From: a virus
DNA: 64,000 nt
Strand: one strand, 5' to 3'
IMG/VR virus record: IMGVR_UViG_3300025133_009446
Coordinates: 1 to 64,000 of that record
Position numbers and translations under genes: made by a program. Within the stretch, counting starts at the first letter, position 1. Each line of letters opens with the position of its first letter. The notes below the pieces were generated by a model. It made no database searches, was not told where the DNA came from, and saw only the letters and a program-made list of their open reading frames with translations. Shown one piece after another: positions 39,284-48,215 of the stretch.

Positions 39284-39722
39284 AGTTTTCAATATAATCG
39301 CTACATATCCCAACACATTGTTGAATATCTTCCTTTTTATATTGTGCGACTTCCGGAAGCACACAAATTGAACCTTTTAATATTCTCTTCTTAGGAAAAC
39401 CCCACATATATCCTTTAGATGTTAAAGTAACGTCATCTGTTTTGTGAAAAAAACAATGTATCTCTTGAGGTGGCCGAGGATTAATCAATTTCGCCAATGC
39501 TTCCGGATTTTTACAATGACACCACAGTTTATCGTTGTTTAAAAAAGAAATATTTATTTTATATTCAGGCTTGTCATGACCAAGATACAAGCAATTGTTT
39601 TTATACCAAACGTCTATCTCCACATTGTAGCCGGATTTCATAGCCTCTAAAATATAATCAGGAGAATTTTCTCTTTCTGGATTCTTGCCATTAACGTTGC
39701 CTCTGTGAGATATCAAAATCAC
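39270..39722 (-). CDS. Minimal glycerophosphodiester phosphodiesterase (PLC-like) domain protein
   Basis: ISHRGN, ENS, VEIDVW, LGHD, WCHCKN, GICSDY. Confidence 0.75.
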   Translation of the reverse strand: MILISHRGNVNGKNPERENSPDYILEAMKSGYNVEIDVWYKNNCLYLGHDKPEYKINISFLNNDKLWCHCKNPEALAKLINPRPPQEIHCFFHKTDDVTLTSKGYMWGFPKKRILKGSICVLPEVAQYKKEDIQQCVGICSDYIENYEDF

Positions 39723-40435
39723 TTATAGTTCTCCAAAAAAGATCTTAAATCTTCGGGAGTGCCAAGACCACACATCTTGTGCACATAAAATGGAATAAGA
39801 GTTTTGCCATCAGCTATTAACTCGTTATAAACTGGAGCTATATAAAACTCATTATTAACACGAATATCTTTTTCAATCATTTGTTCTGCATATTTTACAA
39901 AATCAGAACCATGGCGGTACCAATAAATCCCACATGTTGCAATATTGGATATTGGCTTTTTTTCGGCAACTTCTGTAATGAATCCTCTAGAGTTCGTTTT
40001 GACAAAAGACCATTTAGGGTGCACTGCATTAAAAGTAAATACCATTGCATCACAATTGGTTAAATTCTTCAATGATCTGAAGTTCTCTGACTCGTAATCA
40101 ACATATTGATCTGAATTAGCAATAAGTAAATCATCATCATTATTTATATATTCTCTAGCTAACAATGCGGTACATGCTGCACCCTCAGTTAATTTGTCAA
40201 CAACAAGATATTTAAAATTATTGTTTGTTATTTGTGAAAGTGTGCCCAACAAACCTTCATATTCTTCGACATGTTTTTTTCGAATCAAAAAAATATATTC
40301 ACAATCAAAATCTAAGTTTTCTACAACCTTTTGAATCATGGGCTTTCCATTAACATCAATAAGCGGCTTTGGGAAGGTGTAACCTTCCTTGACAAACCTA
40401 CTTCCTTCGCCAGCCATTGGAATCAATATTTTCAT
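39719..40435 (-). CDS. Sugar/polyol-phosphate nucleotidyltransferase (NTP_transferase, GT-A fold)
   Basis: IPMAGEGSRF, PKPLI, TEGAACT, NSDQ, VAEKKPIS, LGTPEDL. Confidence 0.88.
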   Translation of the reverse strand: MKILIPMAGEGSRFVKEGYTFPKPLIDVNGKPMIQKVVENLDFDCEYIFLIRKKHVEEYEGLLGTLSQITNNNFKYLVVDKLTEGAACTALLAREYINNDDDLLIANSDQYVDYESENFRSLKNLTNCDAMVFTFNAVHPKWSFVKTNSRGFITEVAEKKPISNIATCGIYWYRHGSDFVKYAEQMIEKDIRVNNEFYIAPVYNELIADGKTLIPFYVHKMCGLGTPEDLRSFLENYK

Positions 40436-41049
40436 TTTAAAACCTCTTTAAACAATTCAATTGTCACTTCATCAGCATTTTTAACAGAAATTACATGGCA
40501 TCCAGACTCTTTCGCTGCTTGTAAACCTTTGGGTGAATCTTCCACTATTATAGTGTTCTTGTTAGAAATATCAAGTTCTTTAAGTGTTTTTATATAACCC
40601 TCTGGATCTGGTTTAGGTTTTTCAACATCTTGATTGGTTAGTACCATGTCGAAATAATTCAAAATACCAGTTTTATCTAACATCATATATGCTGTTTCTC
40701 TAATGCTGTTTGTAAAACATGCGACTTTCAAATTTTTATCTTGAACCAACCATTCTAATAAATCAATTTTTTCTTGCCTAATTTTTGCATTGGATTCAAT
40801 AATTTCTTTCGTTTTTTCTTGTTTTAAATCATAAACATCTATATGCTCATCTTCACTTAATATATTTATCTCTGTGAGTGCTGCTAGTTTAACTTTTGTT
40901 GGAAGCCCATTATATTTGTTATAGTGGTCTTCTAAAGAAATTTCATAATTGCACACCTCTTTTAAAGCTTCGTTTAGAGCAACTCGATGCCACTCACATG
41001 CATCAACCAAGACACCATCTAAATCGAATATAACTAATTCAACACTCAT
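40432..41049 (-). CDS. HAD-family phosphatase (beta-PGM-like)
   Basis: FDLDGVLVD, TNS, KPKPDPEGY, VEDSPKG. Confidence 0.9.
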   Translation of the reverse strand: MSVELVIFDLDGVLVDACEWHRVALNEALKEVCNYEISLEDHYNKYNGLPTKVKLAALTEINILSEDEHIDVYDLKQEKTKEIIESNAKIRQEKIDLLEWLVQDKNLKVACFTNSIRETAYMMLDKTGILNYFDMVLTNQDVEKPKPDPEGYIKTLKELDISNKNTIIVEDSPKGLQAAKESGCHVISVKNADEVTIELFKEVLK

Positions 41050-41050
41050 A

Positions 41051-41944
41051 TTACACCAAATAATTTTTTAAATCTAGATTCTTTATATCCTTTTCGAAAT
41101 ACAGATATTTTATCACATTTTTAATGCGCGAGCTTCTTATATCCGGGGGATTGCTTATAAACTCGCCGCTCCAATTCTTTACCCAACCTTGCTTTGTGGG
41201 GTTAGATTTCCACGTTCCACTCCACTTTGTATAAAAATAGTTCCAAGAATATTCCTTATATATCCCACTTCGGGTTTTCCATATACTTTGATGCTCCGCG
41301 TCATCTGCTCTTCTTTTTAAAGTGTGATCACCAGCGAATCCAGGCTCTTCTATAAAATTCCTGTCGATAATGGTATCCAACTCTAACGCACTCTCATTGT
41401 TTAATTCTAAACCATGAAGCGTATCATTAATACATGATTTTTCCTTATTAAAAATAAGCGCCCTAATCCAGTAATCTGCTTCTTTATATTGCACACCAAA
41501 AAAGTTTTCATCCCACATGCCAATATTTTTAATAGCTTCAGGTGTATAGCTAACCAAATTGTCTCCATATTTTCCAACCACAAAATTAAACTTCTCATGC
41601 ATCTTCATCAGATTGCTATACCAATTAGGGTGCACCGATGTATCGTTCTGTAATGTAACCACATACTCACAATCAGGCTTATTAAGACTTTTAAAACCGT
41701 TGATTAAAGCTTGGTTCCAGTTTTCTGCTAGATTTCCATTTGACCAATCGGGGCGCAAAACATTGTGTAGTACGTTAACCTTGTTTTCATATTCTGGCTT
41801 TAAATAAAACTCAGAATGATTGTTAATAATATTAACCTCTGTATTTGGAATACTTGAAAAATCCGAAGCAAAAAGCTTCTCCAACGTATCATTTAGTATG
41901 TCAGAGCGCTTATAAGTCACAATATAGATTTTCATTTTTTTCAT
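41051..41944 (-). CDS. GT2-like glycosyltransferase
   Basis: IYIVTYKR, IINN, LQND, IGMWDENF...EADY. Likely start MKKMK at 41944 (track start 41962). Confidence 0.7.
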   Translation of the reverse strand: MKKMKIYIVTYKRSDILNDTLEKLFASDFSSIPNTEVNIINNHSEFYLKPEYENKVNVLHNVLRPDWSNGNLAENWNQALINGFKSLNKPDCEYVVTLQNDTSVHPNWYSNLMKMHEKFNFVVGKYGDNLVSYTPEAIKNIGMWDENFFGVQYKEADYWIRALIFNKEKSCINDTLHGLELNNESALELDTIIDRNFIEEPGFAGDHTLKRRADDAEHQSIWKTRSGIYKEYSWNYFYTKWSGTWKSNPTKQGWVKNWSGEFISNPPDIRSSRIKNVIKYLYFEKDIKNLDLKNYLV

Positions 41945-41945
41945 A

Positions 41946-42872
41946 TTATACAATCCCGGCAATTCTCAATTGCTCCATACAAGAATTCCAATTAGTAAAA
42001 CGGAACCCTTTATCATCAATATATGCCACCGCTCTTGGCTTTTCGGCTGTAACCTTTGTTACAAGCTTATCCATATCATATTTCTTAAGCCATTCCCACA
42101 CCAACTCTATACCAGTTTTACCATCTACCAAACCGCGATCAGGCTTTGCTTTACAGGTATACATGATAACATTGTATTTTTCAGACAACGCTTGCAAAGC
42201 CTCTCTAGAGCCAGGAACTGGTTCATCATAAATTGTTCCGTCATAGTACCCTTTTGAGCACTTATGAATCACACCGTCGAAGTCGATGCCGATTTGATAA
42301 GTTTCGTCATCATTAGAGTGAAGACGAGGGCTCGCGGGTTGTTCATTCGGAACGGTCTTTATCATTGGTGATTCGAACCCTGAAGCGTTCATTAATCGAT
42401 GAAAAAGCATGATGGTCAGCACTTCAGAAGAATAATAATGTGTTGCACCTGTTGATACTTCTATGCTACCCCATTCATTGTTGACCGATTGAGATGTAAT
42501 GTAACATGTATCACATCCGGTTGATGCTGCAAATATCAAGGCAGCATCAACATCGGGTGATGCTCCGGATGATGACACGCCGATGACTAACGGCATTTTA
42601 TTCGAATTAGAAAGTCGAGGTCTGAGCCATTCTATCAGCCACTTTTGATAATCAAAATCGCCATGCCAGATAGAAACTGTATCAGTATCTGGAGCACATA
42701 TTAATTTCTTGCCTCCAGTGAGCCTTGTAAGATCTGTAGCTATGTGTCGGCAAATCGACAAATTTCCGCCATGACATGCCAAGTATACTTCGCTGTGTCT
42801 TTCGAATAATTTTTCAATATCTTTCCACTCATCCGAGAGAATTGTTTTTTCATATAGATGTTCTACATTCAT
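41946..42872 (-). CDS. Fusion of a SIS (GmhA-like sugar-phosphate isomerase) domain and a capless HAD phosphatase domain
   Basis: VYLACHGGN...HIATDL, IGVSSSGASPDV (SIS). IGIDFDGVI...KP.AVAYIDDK (HAD). Confidence 0.75.
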   Translation of the reverse strand: MNVEHLYEKTILSDEWKDIEKLFERHSEVYLACHGGNLSICRHIATDLTRLTGGKKLICAPDTDTVSIWHGDFDYQKWLIEWLRPRLSNSNKMPLVIGVSSSGASPDVDAALIFAASTGCDTCYITSQSVNNEWGSIEVSTGATHYYSSEVLTIMLFHRLMNASGFESPMIKTVPNEQPASPRLHSNDDETYQIGIDFDGVIHKCSKGYYDGTIYDEPVPGSREALQALSEKYNVIMYTCKAKPDRGLVDGKTGIELVWEWLKKYDMDKLVTKVTAEKPRAVAYIDDKGFRFTNWNSCMEQLRIAGIV

Positions 42873-43762
42873 TGTTTGCTCTCTTTTCTCTTGTCGCTAA
42901 TCTCTCCTAGACAACCCACAAGACCAAGCCCAATATCAATATACTCTGATGCTAACATTTTTTTAGGAATATCTTCGCCATATTTATACGGAGTAGTTTG
43001 ATAATGTGAAGTAATCAGACTTTTATTTTTGCTTTGATTATATTTTATTTCCACATCTTTATTCATTATTTCAGATATAATTGTTAATATTCCTGATGTT
43101 CGAAACGATCGTTCGCCTGTAAGGATCATACAACGATTTTTATATTTAGAGCCTAAAGACTTTATAGTTAAGTCTGCTGCATCAGACGCATGAATATAAT
43201 CGCGGCGTTCGCACCCTGTCCCTTGATATGTTATTTTACCATCAAGGGCTTGATCTAAAAATCTATAAACACTGTTGTTTTTATCTGCGCCTGGACCGTA
43301 AATTGTTCCATATCTTAATATTGTATAGTTAAGATTATAATACTTCTTATAGTCTTTTGTAAGAGACTCACAGACATTTTTTGTAGAGCGATAAACTCCT
43401 CCTAAACCAGACTCAGAATAAACACTACTAGCCAAGACAAATCTATTTACTTTAGCTTTTGCACACTCATCTAAAATAATTGTGTTACCCAAAATATTTG
43501 TTTCTACTGCTTTAACTGGATCATCAATACATGCTTCAATATCTGCAATTGCTGCATAATTAAAAACTATATGCGCGTCTTTTACGATACTTCTAACATC
43601 TTCCCTGTTAAGAACATTTCCTACTATTGAATACTTCTTTTTTAGATCTGGTGAAGGAGCTTGATCAAATGAGTAGACAACATATTTGTTTTCCCTTATC
43701 AGTCTTCGTACTGTATATCTTCCAAGAAAGCCGGCGCCGCCAAATACAACTACTTTTTTCAT
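42869..43762 (-). CDS. NAD-dependent epimerase/dehydratase (extended SDR)
   Basis: GGAGFLG, ASS, YRSTK, LRYGTIYGP, RDYIHASD. Confidence 0.88.
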   Translation of the reverse strand: MKKVVVFGGAGFLGRYTVRRLIRENKYVVYSFDQAPSPDLKKKYSIVGNVLNREDVRSIVKDAHIVFNYAAIADIEACIDDPVKAVETNILGNTIILDECAKAKVNRFVLASSVYSESGLGGVYRSTKNVCESLTKDYKKYYNLNYTILRYGTIYGPGADKNNSVYRFLDQALDGKITYQGTGCERRDYIHASDAADLTIKSLGSKYKNRCMILTGERSFRTSGILTIISEIMNKDVEIKYNQSKNKSLITSHYQTTPYKYGEDIPKKMLASEYIDIGLGLVGCLGEISDKRKESKQ

Positions 43763-44757
43763 TATATAACCCTGTTAATCATATCTCTTGATTCAAGATA
43801 GTTGTTAACTGATTTTGCTGCGCCTACTTCCATTTCAAGCCTACTAATTTTTGAGCAACTCCCGAGATGAGGTGACATCAGAATATTATTAAGAGACAAT
43901 AGATTTCCATCATAGGGTTCTTTTTCAAAAACGTCAATTGATGCAGATGCGTCACTATTTTTTGTTAGCCAATCGTACAAAGCAGCTTCATCAACTATGC
44001 CGGCGCGAGACGTGTTAATTATGCATGCATTTTTCTTGAGCAATGATAGCTCTTTTGTTCCGATGTAACCTATGTTAGCTTCATTTAGTGGGATGTGCAA
44101 AGAGACGATATCGCACTCCGCTAAAATTCTATTTTTAGATGACCACTCGTATGAGGGAAATATTGCTCTAGATGAATCAGTGTCTGTGTACAATATTCTT
44201 TTTGGCTGTAGCGACTCCAGCTTTCTTAAGACTGATGTTCCTATTCTTCCAACCCCTATAATACCAATAGTACAGCTTGACAATTCTCTTCCGATAATTC
44301 GGGACCACCTGCCAGCCTTCATTTCAGAATCAACAATCCATGTTTTTCTTAGTAATGATATTATTTGCCCTATTGTTAACTCTGCGACTGCATTAGTAGG
44401 AGCATCTGGTGTATACGTTACACATATTCCTCTCTTTTTACATTCATCTAAATCAACAGAATCTAGACCAATTCCTACTCTGGATATCATCCTAAGATTT
44501 GGGCATGCGTCTAAAATGCTGACGTCATATTTTTCAGTTCCGGCAACAATAATTTCAGGCCGTTTATTCTGAAGTACTTGCAAAAGCTCTTCTCGCGAGT
44601 ATTTTCTTCCCGTTTCATTGTACGAGACTTTCATATTATTGTCTAGACACAGACGTTCCAACAATTCTCGGGGATCGCTATTTTTTGACCCATACGGAAA
44701 TGTCGTAACAACAATGTTTGACAATTTTTTGTCATCAATATTTTCAAAATCAAGCAT
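43762..44757 (-). CDS. D-2-hydroxyacid dehydrogenase (phosphoglycerate dehydrogenase-like)
   Basis: SRVGIGLDSVD, AVAE, GIIGVGRIG, INTSR, DVFEKEP, SPHLGS. Likely start MLDFEN at 44757 (track start 44781). No ACT domain. Confidence 0.88.
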   Translation of the reverse strand: MLDFENIDDKKLSNIVVTTFPYGSKNSDPRELLERLCLDNNMKVSYNETGRKYSREELLQVLQNKRPEIIVAGTEKYDVSILDACPNLRMISRVGIGLDSVDLDECKKRGICVTYTPDAPTNAVAELTIGQIISLLRKTWIVDSEMKAGRWSRIIGRELSSCTIGIIGVGRIGTSVLRKLESLQPKRILYTDTDSSRAIFPSYEWSSKNRILAECDIVSLHIPLNEANIGYIGTKELSLLKKNACIINTSRAGIVDEAALYDWLTKNSDASASIDVFEKEPYDGNLLSLNNILMSPHLGSCSKISRLEMEVGAAKSVNNYLESRDMINRVI

Positions 44758-45460
44758 TTTGCATTTCTTTATATGATTCAATTAAGGCAGTTGTATCCAT
44801 ACCCACTGCAATTATACCATAGTCATCATATTTTTTAATCTCTTTTTTAACATCTTTCGGAATGTGAACTGCCATTTTTTTGATTGATACCATATTTTTT
44901 ACCTTTTCTACCGCTTCTAGATACAAAGAGTTATTAAATTGTCCAGGTATACCAAGACTAGTAGACAAGTCATAAGGACCAATCATGTAAAAGTCAAAAC
45001 CCTTAATGTCGCCAATGTTTTCAACACCCCTTCTAGTTTCAATTTGAGCAACTATTATGGGCGGTTTTGCTATTAAAGCTTTATTATTTCCCCACTTGTT
45101 TTGTCTAACTAGTCCTAAGCCACGTCTACTAGAGGTTGCGTAACCTTCTTTACCATAAGCTACTGGGTATTTGCAATATTCATGAATTTGTTCGGCTTGT
45201 TTTCTAGTTTCTACTGTTGAAAAAATTAACCCAGTTGCCCCAGCATCTAAACAATATTTAACCATGTGTAGATCTAGATTTCCTAGTCGAACAAAGCACT
45301 GTTTATTGTTGGCTGTGACTATTTGTATACAGCTATATAACGTTTCATTATTAAAGCAACCGTGTTCAGTGTCGATTACAACACCATCTAATTTATTTTG
45401 ACAAAGTATATCAGATACAACAGTTGATGGTATTTGCTGCCATGCCAATCTCCTTACCAC
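44750..45460 (-). CDS. HpcH/HpaI class II pyruvate aldolase
   Basis: VIDTEHG, LDAGATG, YP...RRGLG, AQIET, IGPYDLS.SLG.PG. Confidence 0.88.
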   Translation of the reverse strand: MVRRLAWQQIPSTVVSDILCQNKLDGVVIDTEHGCFNNETLYSCIQIVTANNKQCFVRLGNLDLHMVKYCLDAGATGLIFSTVETRKQAEQIHEYCKYPVAYGKEGYATSSRRGLGLVRQNKWGNNKALIAKPPIIVAQIETRRGVENIGDIKGFDFYMIGPYDLSTSLGIPGQFNNSLYLEAVEKVKNMVSIKKMAVHIPKDVKKEIKKYDDYGIIAVGMDTTALIESYKEMQNA

Positions 45461-46146
45461 TATAAAAATCTCCTATATTTTTTTGTTTTGGTGCTGCTTT
45501 GTATTACGTTCACAAATTCCCAATCATCTTCAGTATCGATATCTAAGCTCTCCAAAAAACTTGTAGGATAAAAATATGGATTTTTACCAATTCTATTTCC
45601 ACTATTTAACACAATGTCGGAATAGAACATATAAAATAAAGAGTTCTCTTCATAATATACTGGTAGATCTTGTGTCTGTTGCAGAATCATTGGATTGTGA
45701 TTGACGGGGCACACACCGTATTCCTCTTTCCTCCAAAATCTTTTTTGAGTTGATATGCAAGAGGTGATAGAATCATATCCTTCATCAAACTTTTTCGCCG
45801 CTGCAGTTAGCGTTGCGACACCTAAAAACGGAGAAGTGACGTGAATCTGGCATATTATATCGTTTTCTACACTTTGTTGTTCATGAACAATGAAGTGTTT
45901 AATTAACTTACACACAGAAGTATTATGATCGACAAGCGCTGAGCTTCTTTTATAAGCAGTAACATGTGATAGGTTTTTATCTTTTTTTACTTCCTTGATG
46001 ATTTCTTCACTGTCTGTGTCAACATATACTTCAAAATCTTTTAGTTTATAAAGCGTATGTTTATATAACGGCAAATTTGCAAATAATCTAAAGTTCTTTT
46101 TTGGCACCCGTTGTGATTGCTCTTTTATTGGAATAAAAATTTTCAT
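45460..46146 (-). CDS. CMP-ulosonic acid synthetase (NeuA/KdsB cytidylyltransferase family)
   Basis: IPIKEQSQRVPKKN, VDTDS, HVTSPF, TQDLP, DIDTEDDW. Confidence 0.88.
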   Translation of the reverse strand: MKIFIPIKEQSQRVPKKNFRLFANLPLYKHTLYKLKDFEVYVDTDSEEIIKEVKKDKNLSHVTAYKRSSALVDHNTSVCKLIKHFIVHEQQSVENDIICQIHVTSPFLGVATLTAAAKKFDEGYDSITSCISTQKRFWRKEEYGVCPVNHNPMILQQTQDLPVYYEENSLFYMFYSDIVLNSGNRIGKNPYFYPTSFLESLDIDTEDDWEFVNVIQSSTKTKKYRRFL

Positions 46147-46892
46147 TTTATAGCATCACTAAAAAGCTTCTTGTCGAGCTTTTCTAAATTTAAAATCACA
46201 TCTAATACACTGTCTAATTTAACAGAAGGGTTGTCTCTCAAAGTATCTTTAGCATATTGCCATATGTTTTTTTGTACATGTCTCTTTGAGTTAAATGCCA
46301 TCGTAGCAAATTCATCTTCTGTTACGTTTTTTTCTTTTTCAACACCAGACTTACAGCCGGGTATAAAACCATCCAAATAAAAACTAAATCCATATATTGA
46401 CAACATGCTTGGATTAAAATTTAATAAGTCATATATTGCAAGAAATCCAGTATTTGGTCTACATTGAACCTTTTTTGCCAATTCTGTATGCATCTGATGA
46501 TCAACAATTCTAAGTGGTAATACTTTAATTATATGTTTAACAGTTTTCATATTAACCATCTCATGAAACGTTGTTCTTTGGGAGATCCCTTTATAATCAG
46601 ATTGTGGAGGGGCGCACACGAACTTAACACCATAATCATTTTTTAACTCAAGAACGTCTAACTTCCCAGCATTTTGTGCTGTTTCTATCAAACAAGAATA
46701 TAAAACATCGGTTTTTACCCCCACATCAGCTGAATATTGTTTAGTGGTTTCAATGCTTCTATTGATTCTAACAACCACGTCATGTTGATCAATTTCTTCA
46801 CCCAAACAAGAGCCAACCATATATTTTGCTGGACCGACCAAAGCAACTGTTTTTCCGTGTATAATGCTTTTAAAAAGAGAATTATCAATCAT
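46143..46892 (-). CDS. GT29 sialyltransferase-like glycosyltransferase
   Basis: Sialylmotif L: VALVG...LGEEIDQHDVVVRIN...DVGVKT. Sialylmotif S: PNTGFLAI...SIYGF. His near the VS position. Confidence 0.8.
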   Translation of the reverse strand: MIDNSLFKSIIHGKTVALVGPAKYMVGSCLGEEIDQHDVVVRINRSIETTKQYSADVGVKTDVLYSCLIETAQNAGKLDVLELKNDYGVKFVCAPPQSDYKGISQRTTFHEMVNMKTVKHIIKVLPLRIVDHQMHTELAKKVQCRPNTGFLAIYDLLNFNPSMLSIYGFSFYLDGFIPGCKSGVEKEKNVTEDEFATMAFNSKRHVQKNIWQYAKDTLRDNPSVKLDSVLDVILNLEKLDKKLFSDAIK

Positions 46893-47470
46893 TTTCTTTT
46901 TTTAAATATCCCAACCTTATTTTCAACAATGTTATAAAGATTCTCTTTGCCAAAAAAATGACTAGCATATTTCTCTTCAATAAGCCGACCCATATCATCA
47001 ACTACGCAAATACCATTATTCTTTAAAAGATAGTGTGCCGTATAAATGCTTTGCATCCTACCTGGACCTTTATATGGTCTAGGGGGGTTGTGTCCAAGAG
47101 GTCCGTCGACAAGAATCATATCCCACTCTATACTAGTAACTTCGTCTGGAAGCTTCATTTTAAGCTTCTCGATATCAAACCCAATATCAGCATGCTCTTG
47201 TGCTTTAGTATCGTACTTCACTGGATGTATTTTAATATTGACGTCTGGATCTTTAAATTTTTCAATCCATTCTAAATCATCCTCCAGAAACACAGTCTTG
47301 CCGCCAGCATTTATCTGCTCCCAAATATAAGAGTCCTCTCCTAATCCGAAAACTAAAAAATTACATGGAGACAATAAGTCCAAAACGTAACCAACATTCA
47401 TATATTGAGTCTGAGACATTAATCCCTTACCAGAAGCTTTCATATCTTTTATAAGCGTTTTAAAATTCAT
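46889..47470 (-). CDS. DUF579 polysaccharide O-methyltransferase (plant GXMT/IRX15-like)
   Basis: PCNFLVFGLG, GGKTVFLED, WDMILVDGP.G, PGRMQSIYTA match the hallmark blocks of plant glucuronoxylan methyltransferases. Confidence 0.8.
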   Translation of the reverse strand: MNFKTLIKDMKASGKGLMSQTQYMNVGYVLDLLSPCNFLVFGLGEDSYIWEQINAGGKTVFLEDDLEWIEKFKDPDVNIKIHPVKYDTKAQEHADIGFDIEKLKMKLPDEVTSIEWDMILVDGPLGHNPPRPYKGPGRMQSIYTAHYLLKNNGICVVDDMGRLIEEKYASHFFGKENLYNIVENKVGIFKKRK

Positions 47471-47471
47471 C

Positions 47472-48215
47472 CTAATATTCCATAAAGTTCTCTTTGCAAA
47501 TTTTTAACGCTTCATCAAGCGATTCAATTTCATATGTACCTTTGTTTATTCGTGGATCAGCATGCATGTGGTATATTCTTGGCGCAAGATGTTCTTCTCC
47601 AAACTCATGATGAAAAATATGTTGTTTTTCTCTATTCGCCTTACTTCTAATATTATATTCTACAGGGAAAACATAGAACTGTAACCCCTCTTGAATGGCT
47701 TTCCAAAGAGAAATTCTGAATGAAGCCTGATCCCAAGGACAATAATGCCGATAATGGTAAAAACACTCTCTCCAATCCTTAAAAAGCTTTAAGACTTTTT
47801 CGTTTTTCTTGAATACGAGCACGCCAGTATTAATTTCAGAAAACGCATAAGGAATATTTCTATACTCAGGCATGACAGTTGAATATTTCTTTCTTTTTCT
47901 CGCCAAATCATGAGTGCCGGCAAAATCAACGTTGTCTAGCAACTCAAACAGATCCTCTATGTTGCGATCAACTATAGTGTCTGTATCTAAAAACAACGTC
48001 TGCTCATAGGGAGTTAAAGCTATATAATCTATTTTAGGACGCAAATGAGCGACTTTAATTATCTTAACCTCATCAATATACTCAGACTCAATCTGTTTAT
48101 CTATAAACGCAGTTATGTGTAAGTCTGGATTATGTTTTTTAACAGACTCTGCAGAGAACAACATCTCTTTAATAAAATGCTTACCAAAAGCAATATACAA
48201 TACACCTTTATTCAT
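47472..48215 (-). CDS. GT-A glycosyltransferase (GT8/GT77-like)
   Basis: GVLYIAFG, TPYEQTLFLDTD, INTGV, DQASFR, EYN. Confidence 0.75.
   Translation of the reverse strand: MNKGVLYIAFGKHFIKEMLFSAESVKKHNPDLHITAFIDKQIESEYIDEVKIIKVAHLRPKIDYIALTPYEQTLFLDTDTIVDRNIEDLFELLDNVDFAGTHDLARKRKKYSTVMPEYRNIPYAFSEINTGVLVFKKNEKVLKLFKDWRECFYHYRHYCPWDQASFRISLWKAIQEGLQFYVFPVEYNIRSKANREKQHIFHHEFGEEHLAPRIYHMHADPRINKGTYEIESLDEALKICKENFMEY

Noticed and set aside
43762-44781. serA (serine biosynthesis) as an auxiliary metabolic gene
   Set aside because: No ACT domain, and it is coupled to the aldolase and CMP-synthetase, so a sugar-acid role is more likely.
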